Positions 13,901 through 27,000 of a stretch of 64,000 nt of DNA are shown here, piece after piece (the first letter of the stretch is position 1; each line of letters starts with the position of its first letter). The notes under the pieces were generated by a model. It ran no database searches. It saw only the letters and a list, made by a program, of their open reading frames with translations, and had not been told where the DNA came from. The position numbers and the translations under genes are program-made. Origin of the DNA: Phoronis australis (taxonomy: Eukaryota > Animalia > Phoronida); contig NMRA01000027.1 in the NCBI GenBank assembly GCA_002633005.1, positions 1,545,490 to 1,609,489 of the forward strand, given 5' to 3'.

Positions 13901-15289
13901 TAGTGTTGTTGCATTGAAATAAACAAAATAAGTCTAGTTTCACAAGTGAGTTCAAAATATCCTTGGGTCTTCTTTGTTCATTGAGTTTTAGTTTGGCGTT
14001 TTACGCTGTCGGTGGACTTAAGGAAGTTAGGGCCAGAGGACCCGAATCCCTTCCACGTGACGACTTTAAGGGTATTTAACTTGGAAAATGCACCTCCCTT
14101 GATTTCAGCGAATTGTTTGGCAGACAGCGGCGAGCATTGCTGAGTTGCAAAAATCACAAGAACACAACGCGTTTTGTTGTTTTAATGCTCTGGTCAAAGC
14201 TAATAACTTCAATAAGAAGTCTATTCCATCCAACAACAATCCAAAAGATGGCGTAAAATTCAATTTAAGATTCAAAACTGTGATTGAAAGGGTTTTGCTG
14301 TTTAGTCGCTTTTGGGCGAATCTTCCTGTGCTATTGTAAGAGCCCCCGATTTTTTATTTTTGCTTACGTCATTTTAATAAGAATAATCTAGTTCAAAATA
14401 ATAAGGTGTTTAATACTTTCACCATGTGAACGTAGCATTTAATTGGTGCCAGAACATCACAATGCCCTGCTCCAACTTGTCCATACCTGATTTTGTGCAT
14501 GGGACTATATGTCGTAATGTTTCACCATATGATTTAGGTAAGAATTCGGGGCTTAGTAAAACAACATAGACTACAATGTGCAAAGCAAAGAGTGAGAAAA
14601 AATGCTTGCCTTTTGTTGAACCCTTCACGTCACTTTCTATTGTCCCTGTGGATAATGCAATTAACACGAAAATACGTTTCCAAGACAACCAGAGCGATCT
14701 AACGTGTGTGACCAAATAATTTCCATTTAAACTTTTACAGATCATGCGTGACGAGTGGATGAAAGTGAAAAAGCCGACGTCCAATAAGTCATGCTGGGTA
14801 ACGACACGTGACAAGACCGGACGTATCACAGTGCAAGGTGTAAAGGTCTGCCCGGGTTGTCTGACGAGCGATCACGCGGATCATGAAGAATCCGTTTCAT
14901 CGTCAACAGCAGTAAATGTGCCTACGTCGCCCATCGACTTAAACGTCGTCACGAGCGGCTGTGATGATGCCCCGCTTGTGCCGGTCGAGTCCTCTTTGAC
15001 CTTCAAGACCATACCCAAATCCCCCATGTGGTTGAAGTCACGAGACATTGGACGTCTGTCATTCAAAACAACACCACCCAGGGACAGTGTGTCTAATCCT
15101 CACAGCTTCATGGAAACTGACGCGCCATTGAGCGCATTCTCTAAAAATAACTATCTCGCCGAACCTAATAGTTCCGATTCCAGTGCTCTTGTTGCCATGG
15201 AAACTGACCAATCGCCTGTTGACATCCGACCTATCAAGAACTGTCTGGGCTGTCGAAAACGAGGCGTCAATGGAAATACACCAGTCTAA
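10973..15289 (+). CDS. TSSK: Testis-specific serine/threonine-protein kinase (TSSK family, CAMK group), about 462 aa; join(10973..11100,12325..12547,12743..13057,13593..13766,14741..15289)
   Basis: All junctions are frame-consistent. Gly-loop [19 protein letters not shown] signature [75 protein letters not shown] at 15364. Confidence 0.92.
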
Positions 15290-16175
15290 GCACCGACATT
15301 GCTTACCAGTTAATCAAAAAGTGAAAGATAATCAAAACGGTAAAAAGGAAAACGCAAGAAACAAATAAAAATGGCATATTTTGTGACTAAGTAAATTAAT
15401 ACAGGAATTTATTTGAATTATGGTCGTTTGTTTTTGTAGTCGCTTTCGCCATTTTGCATTACTGTTGCTTACATTGTATCAAACGCAATCGGAATAGAGA
15501 ATTCGACTCGACAGAGGAGCAAATAGCTAACCAAACTTTCACTAGGTGGGCACAGCGTCCTGAAGATCGCGCGTGCGGCTTTTAATAAATGCATTATAAC
15601 ATAATGAAATATCTCTTTTAACCTGGCTATACGTGCGTAGCCACGAGGATGGTGCTCAAAGGATGGGTTAAGTCGTTCAAGATGAAGAGAGGATAGATGG
15701 ATCTGCTTACGTGTTTTAAGTGTTGGCAAGCAGCTGGAAATTTAAAATTTGAACCATGACTCGCTTCTTCGCGATAAAAAATCTCAACGAGCATTACCAG
15801 ACGCAAAACACGACCCTAGAATTTCTTTTCAATAAATGTATCCGAAACCGATGGGTAACTACCAATGGAATATCTCTGAAGGTCTAGTCTAAGGGCAAAA
15901 GTCCATGTTCAAATTGCACAGGTCAAATCGTTTTGAAATTTGAAATGTTCAATGAAATGCAAGGCCAGTAGGCCTAATTGCAGGAAATGCGCGTTGGCAA
16001 CGTCTAAAGATGAAAATAATTGGGACAAAGGAGGTGTTATGCAGCATTATTGCAAAATTAAAATTCGAATTGCAGTTTCACTAATGAACTTACATCACTT
16101 TTACCACTAACCCGCCAACGTTTATTTTTAACGGATACAACCACATAGGCTGCAATCTAAGGGTCATCAAGAGAT

Positions 16176-16438
16176 CTGGGGCCTGTTTATCGAAGAGGCA
16201 GTTGACTTTTGTCTTTTGACTTGAGTCAAAAGTAAGAAATCCGACTACAAAGATCCGATTACAAAGAGGCAGAAAATGATTTTTTTTTGTCTTTTGCGTT
16301 TCTGGACGGTTTTGTCTACTGTCTAGTCTTTTGACTTCGAGTTGTCAATCATGTTTGATTTTCAGCCTTCCGTAGACGGAGTTTTTACTTAAAGTCAGAA
16401 TACAAAAGCCAAAGGACTCTTTGAGAAAGAGACCCCAG
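16176..16438. mobile_element. Small PIF/Harbinger-like MITE
   Basis: Imperfect TIRs ctgGGGCCTGTTTATCGAAGAG ... CTCTTTGAGAAAGAGACCCcag with CWG flanks; internal (t)cttttg/gact motif repeats. Confidence 0.45.
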
Positions 16439-17295
16439 ACATTCACGCATCATGTTCACATTACTGCCGAGAATGGTAAAATCTTGAGTCCATGCTCGTG
16501 TTGCGTTTTCGCATCTTATAATTTGCTGACCACATTCAGGCTGGAGTCTGAATCGGATTGTTTTTATGTGGGGACGTTTTAGGCATGTCTTCTTTAAACC
16601 TGGAGATGTTTGAACTTCAGATCGCTTAGCAACAGGATGAGTTAATCAGCATTTTAATTGACACCGCTGGAGAAAAGCGCGCTCCCGAAATAATAAAATT
16701 ATCCGTCCCTTCTATATTACTATATTTTCACCATTTTTGATATTAAATTCACAAACGTTTAGTATTATTTGTATCTCCACACCACGATGTCAAACCAAAA
16801 CTGTTGACCACATAGGCTAAAAATACGTTCTAGTACATCTGCCCAATCACAATACGATTTTTTTATTGAGAACAGGGCACCGCGTGTTCGATAGCACTCT
16901 CGCATCTGCACAAAATGTCGCAATCCACAGTCAAATTGCATCAATTTGAGCACACCTTCGAACTACAAATTGTCGCAACAAAACTATAGATGTCCTCAAA
17001 CTGTCGCAACCCTCCAATCAGGACATTTCCGGTAGAAGAACGATTGTCGCAATATAATCAAAAAGCAAATGAGTGCAGTGACGGTTTGAATCATAATTCA
17101 AAGAAATTTTGAAAGTTGGTTGATTCTCCGCCCATAATCGATCGTGGCTTTGGGAAAACTTGACGTAACAGAAAGAACCTAATTCCCCCTTGCAAGTCAC
17201 GAAATGAAAGGAAATGATATCGCAGGCACTTTAACCGTGACGATGATGAACAAGATATCAGTACCCACAGCGGTTGGCGGAAACTGCAATGTTGG

Positions 17296-17531
17296 CAGTG
17301 GCAGATCTACGATTTCAGTAAGGGGGGGTTTAGGATTCGAGAGAATCCGAGGCGCGTAGCGCCGAGGGGAAGGAAGGTCGCGAGAGGGTTTCCCTCCTCC
17401 CGTGTAAGATTTTTTGGGATTTTTAGTAGCTAATTTCGTTTTTCTGGCGATTTTTTTCCAGTTTTTATTTTTGATCCTGTCCCGAGGGGGGGGGTTTAAA
17501 ACCCCTGAACCCCCCTGTAGATCCGCCTCTG
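17296..17531. mobile_element. 236-bp MITE with CAG...CTG termini and 5-bp TSD (hAT-like); near-identical copy at 59727-59963
   Basis: TIRs CAGTGGCAGATCTAC / GTAGATCCGCCTCTG; flanks gttgg / gtttg (4 of 5 match). The body is almost identical to 59727-59963. Confidence 0.85.
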
Positions 17532-18058
17532 GTTTGTTAGATGATTTAAGTATAGCGACAGAGAAGTGGCATTACTGTGCAAAAAGATATGGATTTTGGC
17601 ACTGATGACTGGATAAATGATTGTTGTGTCGTCTGTCAATGACACTGTACAACTATTTGTTCGAACAGATTAAAACTGTCGTTTTCGCTTTGTTACCGAT
17701 TGTTTTCAAAATTGCGACGCTTTTGCTTTGAACAGCTGTACAAAGAGTCGCAATTTCACGGCTGTGCCTTTTTCTATTACTCCAAAAACAAAAAAAAGTA
17801 ACGACAGTTTGCGCTTTGAATGTTTGCACAAACTGTTGAAAAATTGAGCACGACGACAACTAGGCCCTAGTCGTCTAAAACACCTGTGAAGTGTGTACTT
17901 TGTAATCTTGGTGTCAACGCAGTACTTGGTCATGCATGCAAGTCGTGTGCTAAGTCAACAAAACTCACTTAAGGCCGTTATTTTATCTTGATTATATTAT
18001 TTTCACCTGGGTAATATGTTTGCACACGACAATAAATAGTATTAAGCCGCACAGTAAG

Positions 18059-21000
18059 ATGGAGTTCGCTCTGCGATGGATTTTCCTGTTAGCGCCTTTT
18101 GTATCGTCTGCACACGGAGCCTATAAGCTGGTATTTGAGGAACAGTTTAACGGCCTGGAACTTAATAACGAACGGTGGGAACACGAAATAACTGCCTGGG
18201 GTGGCGGGGTGAGTTGACGTGGGGAGACGCGTGACTGGTATGGCATAAGCCAACACGCCCCTTCTGTCTACGTGATGAACGAACGTAAAGTGAAGCAGGG
18301 GATAATGACAAGGCATTGGACGTTTTTAAACATTAACAATTAAAATTGTTAATGTCGGATTTAGGAGAGATGCACGAAAGTTTGAAGTGCTAAACTTGCT
18401 TGCATATAAGCAGCCGATTTCATAAAGGTGGTTTAAAGTTAAACCTGGCTTAAAGTGGACTTAGACCAGGTTTAAAGATAACCCGCATTTCATAAAGGTG
18501 GTTTAACTTTTAGACCATTGGACTAGTAAAACCTGGTTTAACTCCCGTTGAAACCTGGTCTAAGACACTATTCATTTCACAAGTTTCTTAGACCTGTACT
18601 AAGACCTTACACCAGGTTTAACTTTAGACCTGGTCAGAGCTAGGTTTAACACTTTTAAAGATGGCTGACTCAGACTTGAGAGATATACATGTGCTCTATC
18701 GAGCAGGTGAAAGACGTCGCGGCGTGCGTCACCGACGCAATTTTAGAGCGAGACAGACTTCAAAAACCGGTTTCGAATGGCAAAACAATGAGAGACGTCA
18801 TAAGACTGGTCACAAACCGACTAGCACCTCTAACTCTGAGAAACCAGAGTACGTATTACGCCAGAGCTACAAGTGCTTATCTGTCTGCGAGGAAACTTTT
18901 TTCCTCAGGAGAAAAGTTTTCCGACCTTTTTCTACTCATTTTATTGATGCCAGAGCCATCAGGAAAATACTACTGCACCGATTTTACCAACAACTGTGTG
19001 CTAGCTGTCACGGAAACCCACGTGATCACAGTTCCATTGAAGCACTTCAATTTTCTTTGTTGGGTTTACCTAGCACGACACAGTGGGTCGCATTTGATAC
19101 TTTAATCCTGGTTTTACTGAACCGGCTCCCTGGTCTAGCAAAACCAGGCTTTCAGACTCTTAAACCATGTTGGTGAAATGCAAGTCAGGTCTAAAATTAG
19201 ACCAAGTTTAGGAAGACCACGTTTAAGTCTTAAACCTGGTTTTGTTAAACCACCTTTATGAAATCGGCAGAAGATGTTTAATTCTTTAAACGTTATTCAG
19301 TTGTGTTCAAAAATTGACTTTGCACTATTCAAGTTACAAACTGGCCGATTGTCCTGTTTGTAAGCTTGCATGGTATCAGTATTGGATGTAAGCTGCCAGG
19401 TTGCAAATGTTTATTTGGCTTAGGAGCCACGCTGTCTTTGACTCCCTACTCGCATCGATTGATCGTCCTATACTAATTATAAAGGCCTATTATGGTGCAA
19501 AAATGACTACCTTTATACCTAAATTACTTGTATTGATAAAAAACATCAACATACGGTGTCATAGCATACCCAAGACGTTAATTAAGTAGATCTTTGACAA
19601 TACAGTAGCCCCAGCACGAAACCCTTTTAGCGCCAAAAAAATTGAGATGGCGCTTATACCAATCGAAGTCTATGACATCGTCGTTACAACGAATTGGCTT
19701 TCACCGTGTCTCCATCCTATAGGAATCAGCGATGACTGGCCGTATAATTTAGTGCAAAATACGTGGAAAATCAAGGAAACACATTAATTGTTCATTTCAA
19801 ATCGATCAAAATCATTACCTTTAAAATTTTATATTCAATTATTTGGCACACATTCCAATACGGGAATCCCCGGGAGGGTGACTGGGGTCGCCGAAAGAGC
19901 CGGAAAAACAAAACGATTCGTCCTAATTGTTATCAGGCTATTTCATAATGCTTATCATAAAGTGTAATTTGCTTGATACAAAGACTTTGATGCTAGGAAC
20001 TTTGCATTTATGTCTTCTTGAAGCCGAAGTTGTGAACGCTGCTCGATTCCGATTCGGGCCGCTGTCGAGGGTGTGTCCCGTGTTGAAATCGGCGGTAATA
20101 GGCTGTTTAATTTGGTGCAAAATACTTGGAAATGTTACAACACATATCAGCTTAATCTTTTCGTACAAAGTAGTCATATTCAAATTCATTGAAAATTTTA
20201 TATTAGAAACTTAGTTTTGAAAATAACTCGTCTTGACATCTTGCAACCCGTAGTCGCCGCCATTTCAACTCGATCAATCTCAAAAGACTGAAATTTTTAT
20301 AGCAACTCAACGTTTTGAGTATCGGTAATAAAAAGTTATGAAATAAAGTCTGGATTGCATGAAAACATACCGAATTATAAGGATTTGCAATCAATTGAAC
20401 GTTTTGAATTCAATCAAAAATATATTCCGATATGGGCCGCCAGTCTCTGAATTCCGTAAGGCCTAGGGAACAAATCAGAATATTCCGATTTGGGCCGGAA
20501 GAGTAACATGCGTACGAAACGTCGACGTGTGCGCACTGCAGATCTAATTGTAGCAGGCCAACTAGCCGTTTGAAGTCTGTCGCCAAAATACAGCTATGTA
20601 ACACTGTGAATTGAGCTCTGTTAGACCACAGGCGCTTGAGTTTATGTGTTCCTCGATCGCAAATGACGTCACTCACTTCTAAGACAACGATGGTTATGAG
20701 TCATCGGGAAATTCGAGCGCCTGTGCGTTAGACCACAAAATTTCATACAGGCCGGGTATGAGTAGTGTTCACCTCGTCGTGAAACTTATACAGTCGGGAT
20801 ACCTATCGTCGTCAGGCTCCAACGGTCGTCCGCCATCTTCTTTCGCGTGCAGCGCAGCCACGCGGGACTTAGCTTTGTAATCTGGAGTGCTCGTCTGCAC
20901 GTTACGTACTAACCTCTCGGGGAAACACGCATGGAAGAACTGACACTAAAATTGATGCATTTACCGACTTTTTGAGACCACTTAAAAGCTAGTAGATTTT

Positions 21001-24000
21001 ACTGATGTACTTTTTTGTTCATTTTCAGAAGATATTTTCGAAATTAAATTTTCTTCAGATGGAACAAAATCAACCCAGGGATTGTTTATGCAATGTATCT
21101 ATTTGTTCCAGGCACTAACCGACACCTGTTAGGCCAAAGGAAAAACGCAGCAGACAAATGCAACGCGCTGGGTGCTTAACAATTTCGGCCCACGCAATGG
21201 TCATCAAAATATTGTCCACCTGCTTATTGCAAAACACAGTGCTGAGCTCAACATTTATGTTGAAACTTTTGGTTCAGACATTTTGGATTTATTTGAAGAA
21301 AACTAAAATACTTGAATTGATGGAGAGTGGCCACCAATAAAGTAAATCATTTTGTCTTTATTTCACAATATTGCATTGTTACATACAACACAACATGACA
21401 TAATTAAAAATAAAAGAAGATGTTGAGCAATCAAATGCAAATGCAACTTGGGTACACTGTATTTATTTATTAATTTATGGTTACAGATGTCTGTAAAATG
21501 TGAGAAAAAATCAAACAATATGATACTGGGTAATTTATTAGAACAACTGCATCGAGGCTCAATGACCAACTTCCGCCGACCAAGTCTCAAAGGGTTATAG
21601 TTCTGTTTTGGCTGACAAGATGTTAACAGAGAATGAAGAAAAACTGAAAAGAAAAAGAATGACAGCAGAGATAAGTGGTATTAAGAACAACAAGAGCACA
21701 AAGTCAAATAAAGAGATCACAAATAGAAAATAAGTAATGTCTATCTGGAATAAAACAACCGCAATTTATTTTCCAGATCTGAAATTCTGAATCAATTTTA
21801 ATCGATTTAAAAATCGATATCATACCAGTAAGACAGTTTGTGGTTGAACTAGAATGGTTGTAAACTACTTTCCATTATTTTCTTAGCCTTTTCTGTTATT
21901 TCAAAAGGCGGCAGCATATGACGACCATAGGAGTCATTATAAAATGGCGCCAGAAAAAACAATGCACAGTTTAAACCACAGGCGCTTGAGTTTATCTGTT
22001 CCTCGATCGTAAATGACGTCACTCAATACTAAGAAAACATAAAGGTTTATGTTTCTTATATGGTTATGAGTCATCGGGAAATTCGAACGCCTTTGGTTGA
22101 AACAACTGTCATAAATAAAAGAAAAATTTTCAATCAACGAATACTATTTACTTGAGAGAGTTAAATCAAATCCTATGCAGAGTATAACTTTGAAGTGGAA
22201 TAATTGGGTGACTATGAAAACAAGCCAGTTTTATGCTTAGGCGGACGACCATTGGGTTCCCGAGTGTATATCGCAGAGCCAACGACGGACGGGATGCATG
22301 CGAAATCTGGGAGACATTTCCGACACTCACCTTGCCCGTTACCAGCGGTTTAAGTCAGTGAAAAACAATCTAATGGACGTCATTTGCTAGCATAATTCTC
22401 CGCCTTTTGAGTTTTGTAACAAAGAAGTTCTGTCGTCGTTTTGAGAACAACACGCTCGTGACACGTACGCGCACGCGCCGTCCTAAAATTTTGCGACATC
22501 TCTTGGGACGTGATGACAGCTTCACAGCAGCAAAATTTGTTCTAAAATTCAGTTTGCTGGTCTTAAAAATACCAAAAACTTGTAATGAAATGAAACTAGT
22601 TCCGACAGTTTGTTGTGACATGTACGCAACTTCGTGGCAGCGAAAAACTTAGAAGAATAAACGGGGGAAAGAAACTATTCAGGTCAGGTGACGTAATCGC
22701 TTAAAACCGACTAGCAAGAGTGCACTTCAATTTTAGCAGTAGATGAGAGGTAGAACGCCAATTTTTCCGATACAGGTAAATATAATTTAATTTATTCAAA
22801 GAAGAGCGGCACTACTTTTGTTTCAGGTTTTCTTTAGCCATTTTTACCCACATCGGCGCAAAGCTGTAGATTTTGTATACAGCTTTGCACCTACAGTGTA
22901 TTCTAGAAGAGATCTTGCTGATCGGGAATTTTGTCACCAGCTCTTGTCGTGGATACGAATCTATTCCACACACGGCACATGACGGGATCGGTGGGGAAAT
23001 TGTGCAAATGTGTGCCATTGCCGATGACTTTGCTACCTGTACACCCGAACACATCACAATGCGGCATTTTAGCCCAGAGATCGACAAGTACAGAACGTCC
23101 AAGAAATGGCACTCAGCTGGTACGCAGTGTGGCTTCCGAATAATTTCGTGATGTCATATGAACCACTTTGGTTGAGATTTTTTTCTGGCGCGTTCAAAGC
23201 CGCTACGGATTATGAGTGGTGTAGTTCGCGTCGCAATGAATTACTTTATGTGGTATGTATGAAGCGAAAACAATATTTCTTATGAACAATACTTGCATTT
23301 CTGGTGTCAAAAAGGTGTTTTAGCCGCTGGAGGATATCTTTATAACTTGATGGGAACGTGCTTGGAGTCCATAATTCTTGGAGTTGTCAGCACAACCAGG
23401 TAGGTATAAGTTAGAAAATACGCTTTAAGCCGCATTGAAGCGCATGCTCTGGTGTCAGGAAAACAAATTACTTCACAGGTGTATTATCCCTTCCAAAGCA
23501 ACGTCATCGCAATTGTATCGTTTTTGAATTGAGTTTACAATAAATGTCCGGAATATCTGCTTCAGTGGTTGAAACTTAACAAGATGCCGTGACATACAAC
23601 CTATCAGCTTGTCACTCAATAATGACCGATCTGCCAGTTCTCATGGGCGCACCCAAGGGGGGGGGGTCTCGGGGAGCTCGAATGAGCCCCCCAATTTGGC
23701 GAATTGGGCAAAAAGGTCTGCCTCAATGAAAAAAGTCAAAGTAAATCACACAAAAGTCCACAAAGGACACAGGAAATCGGCGCAGATGCACACTAGTCGT
23801 AGGCCTGAACCTAGTGGCCCCGTTTTTTTAGTCCTCGTTGATTTTGTTCAGTAAAAGGTCCCCATATCGAGAAATTCGACCCAACCTATATTTTAGACTG
23901 GGTGCGCCTAATTTGAGCAAGCGGCAAAATAGGGCCACATTTAAAGATAAGAGGCTTGAATAAAAGTTGTTTTTTTGACTGAAGAAGTGGGTTTGTTGAA

Positions 24001-27000
24001 AATCCGCTCGCATGTCAGTCTCACCGAGCTGGTGTGCACTCAAGCGATACACCATCTATGACTGTCACTTAAAGGCAAAGGCAACCTTTTTTCATGTCAT
24101 TTTTAGCAAAAATAAGGTTCGTTGGTTATCCCAGACATATTTTTCACTTAATTATAGCTTTTCGTAATGTAATTAATTACTTGTGCTTTACTCCGGAAGT
24201 GACGTTTTGGGAGGCAAGAATTTCGCGCCAATTTCTTTTCATATAGTCTGACTGTGAGAGCTGTCGAGTCAGTCATTGTTCTACCTCGGTTGTGATGAGT
24301 TCGGTCGTCGTTTCCTTTTGTTTACAAAGTCAGACAACATGCCACACTGTTGCTGCGTACCGGGAAGTACTCATTATCATCTCACGCGCGTGTTGGGAAT
24401 ACCAGGCTTTGCATCGCTTTCCAAAGGATGACACACTTCGCCGAACTTGGCTCGCTCGTGTGAATAATGCAGCGTTACCCGCCAACGCAACGTTCAAAGC
24501 AATGGAGGGTTAACAAGTGTCTGGCAAGCATTTTCTGCCGTCAGATTACGAGAGGGGTATGTACGCTGAATTGATAAAGGTCTCTGCGAAACAACGCTTG
24601 AAGAAGGGTGCGATACCGTAGCTATTGATTCCCGGCAGTGCTCAGTCGCCACCTCCGAGGAGTGCGTTTTTGAAGCGAGAACCCACGCGATCTATGGCCA
24701 CTACAGTGACTGGAGGCACTTCATCTACTATCACCCATGCCTCCGAAGGTACAGAACGTGCAATTCTGGGACAGTTCGTCCTCCAACGAACATATCGGTG
24801 AGCCAAACTTTGATAAGTTTATTGTGGACTTGTCTAAAGTATTACAGCTATTTAGAAAGTGCCAGGTGTGTGGCGAGGGAGTCACACTGCGGGATGTAAG
24901 CATTTTGGGTGCTCAGGTCACCATCCAGTGGAAGTGTGTCGCGGGACACTGGGGCAAGTACAGTTATGCCTGTGCATACTCTGTCTCATTATACTCGGGC
25001 TCAAACATACAAAGCATACCCACCCATTGACTGTCCGTTAAAAAATTCCTCGTCACCATTGCTGTATGAACAATGTCTCCGTTACTCACGTCACTACTGT
25101 CAATGTGATGTGGGTCGCGGACTCCAGTCATTTTCAGATTAATACAAACTAAAGAATCCCTAAATCCAACGTAATTGGGTTCTCTAACAATCTGGTTTGT
25201 CGTAGAAAACTCGTCTATGGGAAGTGGTGACGACAATTTTAGAAAAACAGCCCGAAAACAAAAGTACTACAAATCCTCAAACTAAACTCAACGCAGAGAC
25301 AAATTGGTGGGAAATTCTTGCCTCCCAAAACGTCACTTCCGGAGTAGAGGACGAGTAATAAATTAAATTACGAAAAATTACAATTAAGTGTAAAATATGA
25401 CTGGGATAACCAACGAACCTTATTTTTGCTAAAAATGACATGAAACAAGGTTGCCTTCGCCTTTAAGATTGATTAAACGGACCACAACGAAGCCATGCCA
25501 AATGACGCCGTATGGAGCTTGCAAGTCATTGTTACGTATGGAGCTTGCAAGTCATTGTTAAACTTATCATTGAACTTATTGTTTAGGTTATCATCTACGG
25601 GACCCTACCATTGTTTTCTTCCTTTGTTGTGTCAGTATGGAATATAACAATACAGGTCGCACAGATAACGTATACTGGGCCCACATCAGACGATATCCGA
25701 TAACTGCATTTCATTGTTTTTATTATTCATTGTCTTTATTATAACAAGTGACCAATGGATGCACAAATCTACCGATCTATAAGCGACCAGCTTGCGACCT
25801 AGTTTCCCACGGGTTACTTTGGGGCTTTCAGAATAACAGTTTTTCACTGCAGTGCATATCAATACTCTTAAGAATTAAGATAACATATCGATATAAAAAC
25901 AGACAAAAATTTAAAAATGTATTGTAATGCCCACCAGCGATTAAAGATTTCAGATGCACAAAACAATTCTGCCTGATTTTTTCATGCTGACTAAGTTAAA
26001 ATTTACCTTTTTAGTTGTTTAATTGATCAAATAATTAAGAAATCATCTCATAAAGCATTATAAAATAATTACTTGAGGTGTACCATGCTGCAATATCTTG
26101 AATGAATGGCTAGAGGGAAGAGGAAGGTAAGGTACGGTGTATCGCGTGAGAAATATTGGATAAGCTAACGGTGTTCATGAAAGAACACGACACGTCTCTG
26201 TCGGGCAAGGATTTTGAAATTCAAATGGCATGTTGTGCAAAATCGTGGATAAATTAAGACCACTAACCAATGTATAGTGTAACGATGTGAATGTGTTGGT
26301 GGGTAACTGTCGACGTATTTTTTCAGAATGGGGAGTTTCAAGTTTACACAGACGATAAGACGAACACATACGTCAAAGGCAACACGCTATTTATAAAGCC
26401 GGTAAGGCCACCATTTATTGTTTGATCTCTCCTCTCTTGTATTCACACCCAGGTTCTTCTCTGGACCATATCTTTATTATCTAATATTTCAGTCATGTTC
26501 ATAAGTTAGAATCTCACAATTCTCAGAAAAGAAGTGACATAAAACGCGTATTTGATGGTCACAACATCAATACGAATTGCGTGTGTCACGTGTAATCCTA
26601 ACCTTCGTGCGTTTTCAGACTCCGTTGGTGAACAACACAAACCCACTAACAAGACAACCGTTCGGTGAATCATTTCTAACTAGCGGTGTATTGAATCTAA
26701 CAGGTAAGCCGTCTCTGTTGTTATATTAAAAGAACGAGAAACCTCGGGAGAAAATTCCGAATGCGATTGCGATGGCCAAATTTAATTTATTCCTTACCAT
26801 TCGGCTAATTGGTTCATTTCCTTTACGGTTATGGAATTCCTTGTATAATTCTTATAGGGAATGCAACATGTACCAGCTTGTCCACGTATTTGTTTCCTAC
26901 CACAACGTACTCGACTGTTGAATGATTTTGTTACTCATACCGCTCGAACTTAACTATAATATCCGATTAAGTTCCATTGATGGATAACGCGCTAACGGGC

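Larger units (their letters stand above)
20555..22863 (+). repeat. Interrupted copy of an interspersed repeat also present, contiguous, at about 55525-56250 (fragments at about 34306 and, inverted, about 54430-54590)
   Basis: 20555-20800 and 22280-22863 match 55525-56250 in direct orientation: cacctcgtcgtgaaactt, gtgaaaaacaat, ctccgcctttt, acgcgcacgcgcc, tttgcgacatctct, ttttacccacatcgg. Confidence 0.7.

Noticed and set aside
9466-15066. Antisense ORFs overlapping EcKL and TSSK exons
   Set aside because: Shadows of real coding sequence on the opposite strand.
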